Below, in pieces: positions 50,056-62,110 of a DNA stretch of 64,000 nt. Below the pieces are notes generated by a model. The model worked only from the letters and a program-made list of their open reading frames with translations. It made no database searches and was not told the origin of the DNA. The position numbers were made by a program, and so were the translations under genes. Numbering within the stretch: position 1 is the stretch's first letter; each line of letters begins with the position of its first letter. The stretch is from Octopus sinensis (taxonomy: Eukaryota), in NCBI RefSeq assembly GCF_006345805.1, contig NC_043005.1, forward strand, positions 40,052,001-40,116,000. The letters are read 5' to 3'.

Positions 50056-51054
50056 CTTGTGTGTGAGCAAAAGTAGGCATAAAGTTGGTTAATAAGTAGA
50101 CTATTCTTTTCATTTCTCTATTTCTGGAAGGGGGAAGTAATATTGAGGTGGGATTCTGTGCCATTGGAGAAATGAAAGGTATAGATGGACAGAGATAGTT
50201 ATTTTGCTGTAAAGTAGGTACATGGATACTCCGGTTGGAAAAGAAAGAGGGGCTGGGAGAGATGAGGGCAAAGATGTGATATGACATTGGGGTTTGAGAA
50301 AGTAGGTGAGGTGATACAGAAATTCGGACTGAGTGAGTGGGTAGGATTGAGATGACTAGCAAATGATGGAGGGAAATATGAAAGAGGCTTAGGAGCTAAG
50401 GTTTGACAACTATCAAATTAAGTGTATGACATGGGGATACAAGTTGCTAAAAAATTGTGCATGTTGATATATATATATGTGCGTGCACACATATGGATGG
50501 GCAAAAGTAAGTATACATTTGTTTAATATGAATGAAATGTCCTTTTCATTTCTCTATTTCTTTTTTGAGGATAAAATTCTGTGTTTTTTTAACTAATTCT
50601 TTCTATAATAAAATAATAATTTCTAATTTCAGATATTCATTATATGGCTGGAAATTTGACCAATGAGGAACGGAAATGGATCCTCAAACAGTACTGGAAA
50701 ACCGGGAATGCAGAGCTGGTTAGACAGAAATGGACTGAAGAATTTCAAAGACCAGCTCCATCAAGATTAACAGTATATAGAATACGTAATAAATTTGAGC
50801 AGACTGGGTCTGTCTGCAATGCGCAGAAACGCGGTCGACCAGTCAGTGTTACCACTGAAGAAAATAAGATTCTTGTGGCTCAAGCATTTACCCAAAGCCC
50901 CCAGAAATCAAAAAAGAGTACTTCCAATGAACTAGGCATCTCTCGCAGATCCCTTGGTCGACTTATGAATCGATTACCTAAAAAAGAAATAGAGAAATGA
51001 AAAGAATATTCTACTTATTAACCAACTTTGTGCCTACTTTTGCTCACACTCATG
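50056..51054 (+). mobile_element. Non-autonomous Tc1-like element carrying a DUF4817-type HTH ORF (50644-51000) and an extra internal left end at ~50490
   Basis: 65-bp TIRs with 2 mismatches (50061-50124 vs 50987-51049). MAGNLTNEERKWILKQYWKT...TVYRIRNKFEQTGSV...GRP...SPQKS. Confidence 0.85.
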
Positions 51055-51979
51055 TATGTGTGCATGTATATATATGTATATATATGTATGTGGTGACATG
51101 TAGGTATATTCTTTATAAATATTTGTGTAAGTATATTGTGTATTGGTGTACCTGTCTAACTTTATTTTATTTCATGACATCTGTATATGAGAATGTGTAT
51201 GGGACATCATCATTCTTTAACGTCTGTTTTCTGTGTTGGCATGGGTTGGAGAGTTGCATCAGGTTCCTGTTAGATTTGCCTTGGTTTCCACAGTTGGATG
51301 CCCTTCCTAATGCCAACCACTTTATAGTGTGTGCTGGGTGCTTTTACATGGCGCTGGCATGAGTGCATTTTGCATGGCACCAATGCAGAACTCTTCCGAG
51401 CCAATCCACTTCACATTTCTTAACATTTCTGCTGTGGAGGATGGATATTCTTGTGTATAATGAATCACAAACAGTTCTGTATATGATATTTTGTTTTTGT
51501 TTCACTTTCTTGTCACTCCATCTCTCTCGTCTCCCCACTCATATTATCTTCTTTAAACAAGGTATGTCAAACCTGTCTCTGGGCCACATTGCTGACACAT
51601 TGAAAATATTTATCACCCAAGAGCTATCTGCAGCCACCCCATAGATCCATTTATTCAGATAAGGAACTGACTTTCTGAAAACTGCACACCTTTTTACCTT
51701 GTTACATTCATTTGCAAAAGAGGCACAAGATTGGTTACTTCATTAATTCCCATTTGTTCTTCTCTTTCAACTGCTAAAATGTACAAATTTTTTCCTGTTT
51801 TCTCTTGGCAGATTCACTTCTGATCGATAGAAGTGCCTTTATTAGAACACCAAATAATTTATGTAACACCTTAAGGTTCCATTATATGTATTTGGTGCTC
51901 CTTTTGAAACGTGCGTAGTACATAATTACCTATTCCATTCTTTACATTTACAGACTTAATATCATCATCATTTAATGTC

Positions 51980-52390
51980 CATTTTCCATGCTAGCATAAA
52001 TTCGTGAGATCTGGACTCCTGCAGTCACAGTCTTCAAGTTTTAGCTCCTGCAAGTAATGGGGTTTCCATGGATGAAAATTCAATTCTTTGTTATTTTACA
52101 TTCATGAGCTGCTTGACATGTTGATTTTTGCAGGCTGCGATTAAACGTTTCCTGCACTGTTGCGACATTCTTCGTTGATCGAGATGTGGTTAGCTGGCCA
52201 CTTCTTGCATCGTTCACAGAGCCGTGGTCATCAGCTTTGCATGACAACTTTTTATTGTCTCTGGATGTTGCATGCTTACCTTTCCATGCATGCCATCATC
52301 TCTGAACCAAAACAATGGAATTCCACACTTCATAGCATGCTGCTATTTTAGCTTGCTCCTGAACAGTCAAGTAACCAACTATCTGGAAAA
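51980..52390 (-). mobile_element. Second decayed Tc1-like DUF4817 transposase N-terminus
   Basis: LTVQEQAKIAACYEVWNSIVLVQR*W...GSVNDARSGQLTTSRS...VQETFNRSLQKST. Confidence 0.75.
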
Positions 52391-53045
52391 TAAGAAATCC
52401 TCATTAATGTTGTCTATTTAAAAGATGTTATCGTCATGATTTTTCAGTGATACTAATAAATTGTAAGCAATTTCTAATGCCTCGTTACTTTCCATCCACC
52501 CTGTAGTTGGTTTTATCAAGGCAGTTCTCTTAGTTAGGTTCTAGTTGCTTTGTGTTTTGTGATGAAACTTTTGTGATATGTATTCTGTTATATTTCCTAT
52601 ATTTGATTATATAACATTACGTTCTTACAGCATATCTATTAATGTCCATTTCCCATTTTGATAAAAACAGACAAAAAAATACAAGCATTAAAAAAATGAA
52701 GCAAAACCGATTTTGACTCTTCACATGATCTGTTGTTATGATAGTTGTACTTCACCCACCACCTCTCACAAATCCTCAATTTTTTTAATTTATTTTTACT
52801 TTATTTTCAGTATTAAAACAACTTAAATACATGGTCACTATACTAAACAGATCAAACCTTACTGATTACCTTCAAGATTTTGCTGTCAGTAAAAAATTTC
52901 ACAAAATGTTCAAGAGACAGTTAGAACAGCATATCAAATATTGGAAATATAATAGAATATATATCACATTGTAAACTTGCACACAATGTAATAATTATCA
53001 TAAACTAATGTTATTGGTGAGATGTGTTCTTATTTTGGTTTACAG

Positions 53046-53188
53046 ACTGCAGTGTGTTGTGTGAAGATAACCTGGCCACTGTGAAATTCTGTCCATGTGG
53101 ATATAACTGGATATGGGAGGAATATTCCAAAATTAAGCTTAAAGGATCCTCAAGTATGAACAGCCTGTAACTAACAAAAGTGAATTTG
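53046..53188 (+). pseudogene. Decayed RING-finger exon (C3HC4, mind bomb/neuralized-like spacing)
   Basis: ttttggtttacag acceptor and TTTG|gtaagc donor. Reads DCSVLCEDNLATVKFCPCGYNWIWEEYSKIKLK then (frameshift) ILKYEQPVTNKSEF. The 143-nt length breaks phase 1-1, and ligand positions show H>Y, C>W and C>Y. Confidence 0.55.
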
Positions 53189-53486
53189 GTAAGCATACTA
53201 TTTGATGATCTGTCTGTTTCTCTCATTGACTTTATGTTGCGGTATAATGTACTTCTGACAGTTAACTTTGGATTGAATGCCAAATACAAGTTTATTGAAT
53301 AAAGCTTTGGTGGGAGTCTAATGTGTATATGACATAATGAAAGTATAAAGTATATATGAATGAATAAAAATATAAGGAATAATGAAAGAATATGAGTGAC
53401 AAGGAAGAAATGTTCAGAAAAAGAAAAAACAAAATTAGTTTATGGCCAAAATTTAGTGAAAATCCTAGAGTAGTTATCAGCTTTTA

Positions 53487-54279
53487 TGAGGGGTACCCAA
53501 AAGAAACCAGAATTTTGCAATGTTATTTTACACTCTTATCATCTTCAAAGTATTCTCCATTTGAAGCAATGTATTGGTCCAGGCACATTTTCCACAATTC
53601 AAAGCAGTGCTGGAACTTTTGCGAAGTAATTCAACACCTCTGTGTTTTTTTTTCCTCGCCTCTTCCACATCTGCAAATTCCGTAACACCAGCTTTCGTTA
53701 CCAGTGATGACCTTCTAAAAAAGGTCTGGATCAACTTACAACTGTTTTATCAGTTCACGACACACATTCAATCGAGACTGCTTTTGTGAGCAAGTGAAGC
53801 ACAAATTTTACTGAAAGTCTTCATTCGCAATTCCTTGCTCAAAATTCGTTAGCAGGTGCTCCAGGACATACCAGTCATTCAAGTTTGTCAGTTGTTCAAT
53901 GATGGTCCTCCAAGATAAGTTCATGAATTTTCATGATGATTTTGTTCATTTGGGAGGTTGATGGATGCCCTGAATGAAGTTGGTCTTCAAGTGACCATTC
54001 CTAAATGGCAGTGTCCTTGTGTACTGTTTGAAATGTAACTGTTTCAGCTTCCATTTTCCCCAGTAGAAAACAGAATTTCAAAGAGGCATGCTATTACTTC
54101 ATTTCAGCTATTGCGAAAATTGATGAACATGGGAGAAGCACTACAAAACAAAGATGCACCACATGGCAGTATGACTGATGCTTGAAGGTTGCCTTGAGTG
54201 GCTTCTAGTGGCAGAAACCTGAACTACAACAAGTTTGTCCCACAGAGAATGTTTCTGGTTACTTTTGGGTACTCCCTTG
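53487..54279 (-). mobile_element. Decayed, internally deleted mariner
   Basis: TIRs (t)gaggggtacccaaaagaaaccag / ctggttacttttgggtactcccttg with TA flanks, and C-terminal W..CLDQYIASNGEYFED-type codons. Confidence 0.85.
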
Positions 54280-54700
54280 TATAGCCTCTTGTTGAAATGT
54301 AAGCATGAAACATGTCTAGACCTGTCATCACTTACTCTGAAATAAATTTAACATAAACTGGAAGTATGATGTCAGAGGTTCTGTGACAAAATTGTAATGA
54401 GGATCATATATTCTTTATTTGGATTACATGCGATCTGTACAGATATCTAGTATTGCAATGACATGTAGTTTAGTATTGTACTACATATATACTCCATTTC
54501 CAATACAATTAGATATTACGTAGTAAATTTCTTAGACATATATGTCAAAACTTTGTAGCATTAGTTTGTATCTTCTAAAATTTTACATCTTGTTACTTTG
54601 TATGTAATCCTACAGTCTTTGTTGAGTACAAGGCCGCATACCTATAAATTGGGATTATTAACTACTACTGTATAGTATGATCTAGATATTATTATGTATT

Positions 54701-54970
54701 CATCATCATCATCGTTTAACGTCCGTTCTCCATGCTAGCATATGTTGGACGGTTCGACCGGGGATCTGGGAAGCCAGAAGGCTGCACCAGGCTCCGGTCT
54801 GACCTGGCAGTGTTTCTACTGCTGGATGCCCTTCCTAACGCCAACCACTCCGTGAGTGTAGTGGGTGCTTTTTACGTGCCACCTGCACAGGTGCCAGGCG
54901 AGGCTGGCAATGGCCACGATCGGATTGGTGCATTTTACGTGCCACCGGCACGGAAGCCAGTCAAGGCGGC
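54701..54970 (-). mobile_element. RTE-derived 3' tail repeat
   Basis: Reverse complement of the 27700-27950 type sequence. Confidence 0.9.
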
Positions 54971-56220
54971 AACATTTTAATTAGCCGGTCTTAAGTTGCA
55001 TTAGTTATAAATGTGGTATAGTAGTGGTGATGGATTGCAATGTGAATAGTGCTACATATTCCTTGTAACATTGTTCTTATATTAATAATGACATCAGAAA
55101 GACAGTTTTTGTATGTCAAAATCTCTACACAGAGATGTTACTTCTGTATCCTCAAATTTGCTGATATCTAGGTTCTCTCCTTTCTGATAAAGGGGTCACC
55201 AGAATGTTGAGAAACTATGATTTTCATATTAGGTTTGATGGCAATATTTTATGATGTTATAGTTAGTTCTTGTGTACCATTTCAGATATTTTCAGTGCAG
55301 TAATGTGTAGATAAACAATTACATAAAGTTAATGAGTATTTGTGAAGCAAATATATTGTTTTAGGATGCTTACTGTTTCATTCCTTCTCACATGTATAGA
55401 CTAATCAATGCTCAGTTGGAAGGACATATGGCATGCAAATGTCTTCAAATATTGCATGAATCAGATAGTATTCTGGTGAACTCTGGTGCTAACAGTTTAA
55501 ACTAAAAATGATTAACAGCAGCAGATTAACAAGGGAAACAGTTGTATGCTTATCCTGTCATAACTTTATGTTAAGTTTGATGTTTAAAGCAGAGTATTGA
55601 TTATTGAAGTATTGTAAGTATGTTGCAGATTTGGCTCATATATAATAAGGAAAGATGAAGCTTAGATAATTTATTCATTCATCCTTCAATGTAGTTGAAC
55701 AATCATTCTCATCCATTAGGAATTCACAATATGGGTTGTACCATTCATTCTTCTGTTTGCTAAATACAAAATATGGCTCATAGAATCTCTGTTCAGATGA
55801 TTTTTCCTGAGTTTCCATCTTGCCCTTGTATGCCAATCCATCACAAAGTTACCCATTTCCAGCTGAGTGAACTGAAACAACATGAAGTGAAGTGTTTGCT
55901 CAAGGAAATCAAAGCCATGATCTCATAATCGTGAGTGTAACACCTTAACTTAACTAGGCCATGCATCTTCATTGAAATAAAAACAAAAATGTAATTGAAC
56001 TGACAACTTCAAATTAAATCATTGAAACACTGGATGTTTTATTAGTCAGAGATTTAGAATGGTATTTTGTTGTGGACCTAAATATTTAGGTATTATCAGA
56101 TATTATGCAGTAATTACCAGTTGACCACTGTTAATAGGAATGTCTCAAAATAAATGTAGATTACAAATAGAGAAAGAGAAACTTTACTATTAAATGAAAA
56201 ACTTCAAAATATTTTTGCAG

Positions 56221-56292
56221 AATCTCAAAAGCTGGATGAGAAGAGCCTCTTGAAGGTAGCAAAGCAATTAGAAAGTAAATTACAGCATGTTG
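56221..56292 (+). CDS. 72-nt phase 1-1 coding exon (ESQKLDEKSLLKVAKQLESKLQHV; coiled-coil-like)
   Basis: tttttgcag acceptor, G|gtgagt donor and an open frame. Confidence 0.65.
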
Positions 56293-56536
56293 GTGAGTAT
56301 AAAATAACAGTACATAGTTGATTTTAATAAATTTTACCTTTAACTGAGCTTTTGTTTGCCTGACTGACTGAGAACAGGTTCCATTCTTATTTCCCAGTTG
56401 AAATGTTAGCTATAAAGTGATTCTGCTAAAGATGTTTATATTATATAATTGAAATTTGGTAAGAGATCTGCCAAGGTTAGCATAGCTGGTGATATGGATA
56501 AATTAGAAGACATAGTGTTATTAATATTGTCTTCAG

Positions 56537-56575
56537 GATCAAGGGAACAAAAATATGCTGTGGAAGGCTTAGCAG
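56537..56575 (+). CDS. 39-nt phase 1-1 coding exon (GSREQKYAVEGLA)
   Basis: ttgtcttcag acceptor and CAG|gtcaat donor, in frame with the previous exon. Confidence 0.5.
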
Positions 56576-56840
56576 GTCAATTAATGGCCATGTTTTTGTA
56601 TTCACTTTTGCTTACCAAGTTTACTGATTGGTTATTGTGTTTCGCTAGAAGTCAGCTGTTATTTAGCAGACTTATGATAAAAACTGTTAACACCCTATTG
56701 TTTTTCTATGTTCAGAGGAGCCTTGACCACATTATTCAAACATATCCTTTCTTTCAGGCAGTAGGATTTAATTTTAGAGAAACTTGGTTGTTATCTTATG
56801 CAACTTGATTGACCAAGTGATGGCTTCTTAATTGTTTTAG

Positions 56841-56869
56841 CTGTCACAGGGTGGTGGAGTTTTTTCTAG
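56841..56869 (+). CDS. Candidate terminal exon (AVTGWWSFF*)
   Basis: ttgttttag acceptor, phase 1. An alternative acceptor at 56715 would give EEP*. Confidence 0.35.
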
Positions 56870-56949
56870 ATTTGATGATATGTGGTTTGAGAAATCTCCC
56901 TCTCTCTCTAATTTATTTATTGTAAATAATTGATGTATGAGTGGAGGAC

Positions 56950-58720
56950 ACCACCACCACCACCAAGGCGAACAACAGGTGGGTTTCTTGAGTGAATTGG
57001 GAAACCAAGGATGGATGCAGCAGCATCTGAGGGCCCAATATATCTGCCTGTCAAATACTTTGTGATTTCATCTGGTCTGAATGACGACAACACTCCTCTC
57101 TTTGAAGACAGTGATGCAGAATAATGAAACAAGAACCATGGACATAGACTGGATGGGTCATAGGTTTTTGGTATCAAACAAGGCTCAGACTGTTGATACT
57201 TTTGTGTGGAATGGCGTGATTGGAACAGTCTGATCCCAATTATTGAGAGAGAATGTGAAAAAAGTTCAGTAATTCATTCAGATGAGTGGCTTGCTTATAA
57301 TAATTTAAATGCCATAGGCTATCACCATCTGGCAGTGAACTATCAATTATATTATGTGGATCCAGTGACTTGAGCACACACTCATGCCATTGAGCGATCA
57401 AGGTTAGATGCTAAAACTATGATTCTGTAAAAAAATGAAAGGTGTTGGTACTGAGCTTCTCCAGTCACATCTTGATCATTTCTGCTGGAAGATGATGAGG
57501 GAAGACTCAGATGATTTATTTGTAGCATTCCTTAATGACATATGAAGTGTTTATTGTTAAAATGGATGGTCTTGATATATCTGTGTAATTTCTTTATCGT
57601 ATAAAATAATATAAGATTCAATATTTCTTATTTGCATAATTTCTCTATAATGTACGAAGTGTTTTATCTCTGAAATATCTGAAGTTTTTTAATCTCTGAA
57701 ATATCTTAAAGATACAGTGGATAACTCTGGTTATACTGTTTGACACCATGGTAGACTGCATACTATACTACCATCCATTGTTGTTTGGTATAATCACAGC
57801 AACCTCATTGGCAATTTGTGCATTGAATTTTCTCTCGTGCCCAAATACAGGTCTTTGATCATGATCATTAACAATGGAAGCCTTTGGCATGTCTTGAAGC
57901 AATTCTTTAGCTAATTGAAATGATGCAACATAGAGGGTTTTTTGCCTTAATACAATCTCCAATAATTCAACAATCTTTCATTGAATTCCATGATTCATGA
58001 GTATCCCCATTCTGAAATCGATGCTGTCTTGAGGGTCATGAAATAAATCTGAAGGAATTCAGCTTGCTGATTTGGATCTGATAGTAACTGTCCAATATAG
58101 TGATGGATCTGGCCATGAATGACAACGGAGGGATTCCATATGCTTCTTTCAGGAATAACTTCTTTCCCACTGAATGATGTCATTTAGAAGAGGCAGTTGT
58201 ACTGCCTGATTTTCTTCCTGAATTCTTTTGCAAGGTGGTCATCACTTTTGTATAAATAGATAAGTTCATTTGGTAGGGGTTGTAAATTGCCACTATGAAC
58301 TTCTCCCTTCATGCAGCAGAAATTTTCTGTTTCACCATGGAATAAGAATGCATGACAGTAAGCGCATATTTTATTCATCACAGCTACCTCAGCAGAAAGA
58401 GTGGATCCATTTCCTTCCATTTCTCCCTCTGTCCTCCTTTCTTTCTACACCCTGTTGTTTAAGAGTCGTGAAGCCTTCATTTCAGGCGTTTCTGCAAGTC
58501 TTCTGCTATTTATTCTTTGTCTCACATCCTGGAGATGTGCATTCCTATCTTCTTCAGTCTCCTTCTTTGTTGCTTGACTCTGTTATCCTGCAGTTGTTCT
58601 GCTCTCATTTCAGCCATTTCCTATTGTTTCCTTGCCCCTGCTGCTTCCTGGTGCCTTTTGGCGTCTCTTTCCACGTGGCATTATTGATCAATGCTTATTT
58701 TTGTATGTAATGTTGTATTA
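56950..58720 (-). mobile_element. Helitron RepHel remnant, heavily deleted and interrupted by a Merlin fragment
   Basis: CAYCHAFLFHGETENFCCMKG...FRKKIRQYN; VIHGQIHHYIG...FLQIYF; GHERKFNAQIANEVAVII; DEITKYLTGRYIGPSDAAASILGFPIHSRNPPVVRL. Confidence 0.92.
57135..57560 (+). mobile_element. Merlin (ISXO2-like) transposase C-terminal remnant
   Basis: VFGI...VEWRDWNSLIPIIERECEKSSVIHSDEWLAYNNLNAIGYHHLAVNYQYYYVDPVT*AHTHAIER...HLDHFCWK. Confidence 0.88.
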
Positions 58721-59499
58721 AGAAAATTAAATCCAAACAACTAAGAGATTACAAATGAATGAAATAGAATAAAATCTGAAATGATGAAATGATACGTAAT
58801 CTTCACAAAAAACCTGTTTCTCTCTGTCAGTGTATGTGTACGTCAAAAAGTCGACTTTTTTCTTAGAGTGATAGAGAGAGCGTGAGAAGCCTATATGTGT
58901 GTATATGTCACAGCGTGTGTGTTTGTGTTGATTCTCACGCCATGACAATCATTATATGTGTGTGTATTCTGTATGTGTGTTGACATCACAGAAGCCATGT
59001 TTTTTTTGCGTCAAGAAATAACAAACAAATTGTGTTTAATCATTTTCATTAATAAATAGAAGTCCAAATATCACGAAAACTCATACTACACTGCATAAAA
59101 AACATTAAGATAAAATATACTATTTCTGAGATATTTTATGAACAAACAAACTTCTAGAGTTTTAATATTATCAAGATTGCTCAAATCACAGTAGCTGGTA
59201 GTTACCTATGTGTTCTTATGTTGACAAGATAACAGGCATGGGAAATAACAATTTGTTCAAAATAATACATCCAGTCATCCGCTCATACTGTTCATAAAAC
59301 TTGGAATCAAAATAATGACGACATTCCTTGCTGTCCACTTTGGTTTTGATTTTCATTTCAAGTGTGTTACTGATTATAATTTTTTTTTAAATGAATCAAA
59401 ACTTTGCTCTAACAAAGGTGTTAGTTTACTTTTTTATGTTACTGTTTTAAAATAATTTTAGAGCCCTGCTCTACTAAATATGATGTTGAGTAGGCAATA

Positions 59500-60082
59500 A
59501 TTTACATCTTGACTTTGTTCCACCACCTGCCCTACAACGGAGTTATGCAGGTGTAGTGCATGCTACAAACCAAACCTATCGACATGTTATTGAAAGGGCA
59601 GCTACTGAACAACAATCTTTTTTGTGCATGGCACAAAAGATTGTACAGCAGCTGACCTGGCTCCATCAATCTTACAGATGGAACTATCCACAATACACAA
59701 GACCACCACAGCAAATAGACTCAAGGTGGACACCACTGGCAACAATACACACATCACATCGGTGCTCTTACTGAACATCGGAGGACTGTTAATACTTAGT
59801 AACAGGACAAAAATCCCTTTCTTGAGATACCTTTTTGCATTCAATCAAGCCTTATGCATAGCACTTACGGAAACACACCTGAAACCACATATAGCAAATG
59901 CAGAAATACACATACCACAGTATGTTGTATTACGGACCGACAGAAAAGAAAGGAGTTATGGTGGAGTTGCATGGGGTGGATGTAGGTGTCTTCAAAATAA
60001 AGCTGGACATCCTCCTGTCAGGTGTCCCAGATGAACCAACTTCATGGCAGGAAGTGCAGATGAGGGCAGCTACATCAAACTC
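59500..60082 (+). mobile_element. CR1/L2-like LINE with an internal deletion (APE N-terminus fused to ORF2 C-terminus)
   Basis: LLLNIGGL...CIALTETHLKP...RTDRKERSYGGVA joins near 59970 to FKIKLDILLSGVPDEP...RAATSNS. Confidence 0.8.
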
Positions 60083-62110
60083 TGCCCTGTTTCTCTCCGA
60101 AGGCACAAAAACCACGTTCACCTTCAGTCCGAACTTGGCAATCAATTCTAGAACTCCTAGATGGCGCTTCACCAACATCTCTGCGGCACCTTTTGTCTGG
60201 ACTCTCCTCTCCATGGTGATCACCGATTCTACCCAGCCAAGCACAGTGGCCGAATCCGTTCGGATTTCAATTGAGTGCAGCCCCCATTTCAGGGCCAACT
60301 TCACCCCTTTCAGCACCGCGTCTAATTCAGCGACATTAATGTGGTTAAAGTCATCTTTTTTCCGAAGCCAGGCTGCGTCCTCCACCTCAGCACCTTCGAT
60401 CTCCAACACAACCCCTATATCTATACTGCTAGCATCACACCAGACGGTCCTGCATTCCATCTTGGGCACATACCAGTTCCCCCAGACTGGGTCTTCCGCT
60501 CTCATCCTCTCTAGGATTTCCTGCATCATCGCCACCACCCCTTCTCCCACCTTGTCGCTCCAACTCTCCCCCTCTGCTCATCTCTTGGTGTAACTACACA
60601 CCGTGCGCAGCCATCCAGCGATCGGGTAGTGACTGACCAACTTCCCACACACCGAGAACAGCTCTCTCCTGCTGACGCTGGAACTCAGCTCTGGGATTTC
60701 ATTCCCTCTCCGGAACACCAACTCACCCGATCTATCTCTTCGCAGCTTCAGCCCCAGTGCAGCTCCCACTTCCATCGACTCCAGTGGATTCACAATCAGT
60801 CCAAACTTCTCCAGATGTCTCACTACCTTGTTGGCTAGCACTACAGTTTCGTCCACCAAAATGTCATCTATGTAGGAACTGGTGGCCTTTCTAATTTTGT
60901 CCTCTTTCCCTAGGACGGACCTAAGCACTGCTGCCATGATCTTCAGAGCAGAATTCAGTCCGAAACCCAGCCTGGTTAAACAGTACGTCCGGCCATTGTA
61001 CCACACCAGCTGATATCGCCACAGTTTGTCACTCACATGGAGCTGCAAGTATGCTGATTTCAAGTCGAAAATCGTCGATGCCTTGGTTGACTGTCTCCAC
61101 GCATGTAACGTCTTGCCACAAACGTCCGTCGCCTCGCCTCCTGTGTGGCACGATATATACTCGTTTAGCTCTCTGAAGTCCAGCACCTGTCTGACTTTTC
61201 CCTTTGTCAGCTGCACCACCGCCATCAGGAGTAGCACTCCGCCCACTACCTCCTCTTCCCACGGGACAAGGACCCCTTCCTTGATCCACCTCTCCACCTC
61301 GTCTTCAAACTCGACCCTGGCGTAACCTTTCAGGGTATGCTGGTAGCTGCTCACTCTGGTTTTCAGCATCTGGGGCTCATCCTTCCATCGCCACTCTCAA
61401 AAATCTTTGTCCTCAGTGGTGTAAGCGGCACATTCCCTCGTGGGGCTCTGCTTTCTCTGGTGATCCTGACTCACAGTGCACGATGCCTCCATGCTTCCAA
61501 ACGTGACCGCATCTCCTACAATACTAATGCCACCGAAGCGGTTGATGGCGTCTATCCCCATCACCACATCAACCCCGTCTATCACACGTTCAATCACAAT
61601 TACCTGCAGCCTTAGCGTCGCTCCTTGCACCACTATCTACCTTGCTGCTGCCTTTGCAACGGATTTCGCTGCCGTCGACCGCCCGGACGCTACTTGCCCC
61701 ATTCCATTTCTTTGTCACCCTTAAAGTCATGAGGGCAGTCGTGCAACCCGTATCCACAAGGGCCTTGAATGTCTTCCCCTCAGCCTCGACATCAATTAAG
61801 GGCAGCATCTCCAAAAGCGCCTCTATTCGTTTGCAGGAAAAGTTCAAGAGGCAGCAGCTTCCCCACGGTCATTTCCCTGGTCACAATCACAGGCGATGTG
61901 CCCTGTCTGCCTGCATTAATAGCAGACGGGCCCCGGTTGCGTACGCTCCCTCGCCATGTGCGACCCCTGACATCTAAAACACTGGCCTGAGAATGGTCGC
62001 TGTCGTTGTATGGTAGGCTTCTTTGCGTCTTTCTCCGGCCGTCGTCCATCTTTATGCGCCTCCTTTACCGGCATCACTATCACCTTCCGTCCAGTGTTTC
62101 GTGTCAACAT
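60083..62110 (-). mobile_element. LTR-type retrotransposon gag-end/protease/RT/RNase H fragment (no LTR or integrase visible)
   Basis: Zinc knuckle CFRCQGSH, protease ALVDTGCT, RT DLKSAY...LGFGLN...YIDDIL, and RNase H WCDASS...HINVAELDAV...TDSATV. Confidence 0.93.

Noticed and set aside
53392-53685. 97-aa ORF MSDKEEMFRK...
   Set aside because: Runs into the mariner TIR and antisense transposase, with no homology evident.
55366-55506. Open frame DAYCFIPSH...ILVNSGANSLN as an ankyrin-like exon
   Set aside because: Only faint similarity, no convincing donor, and the phase is incompatible with neighbouring exons.
59898-60593. 231-aa plus ORF
   Set aside because: A chimera of the LINE C-terminus and the antisense of the retroelement RNase H.
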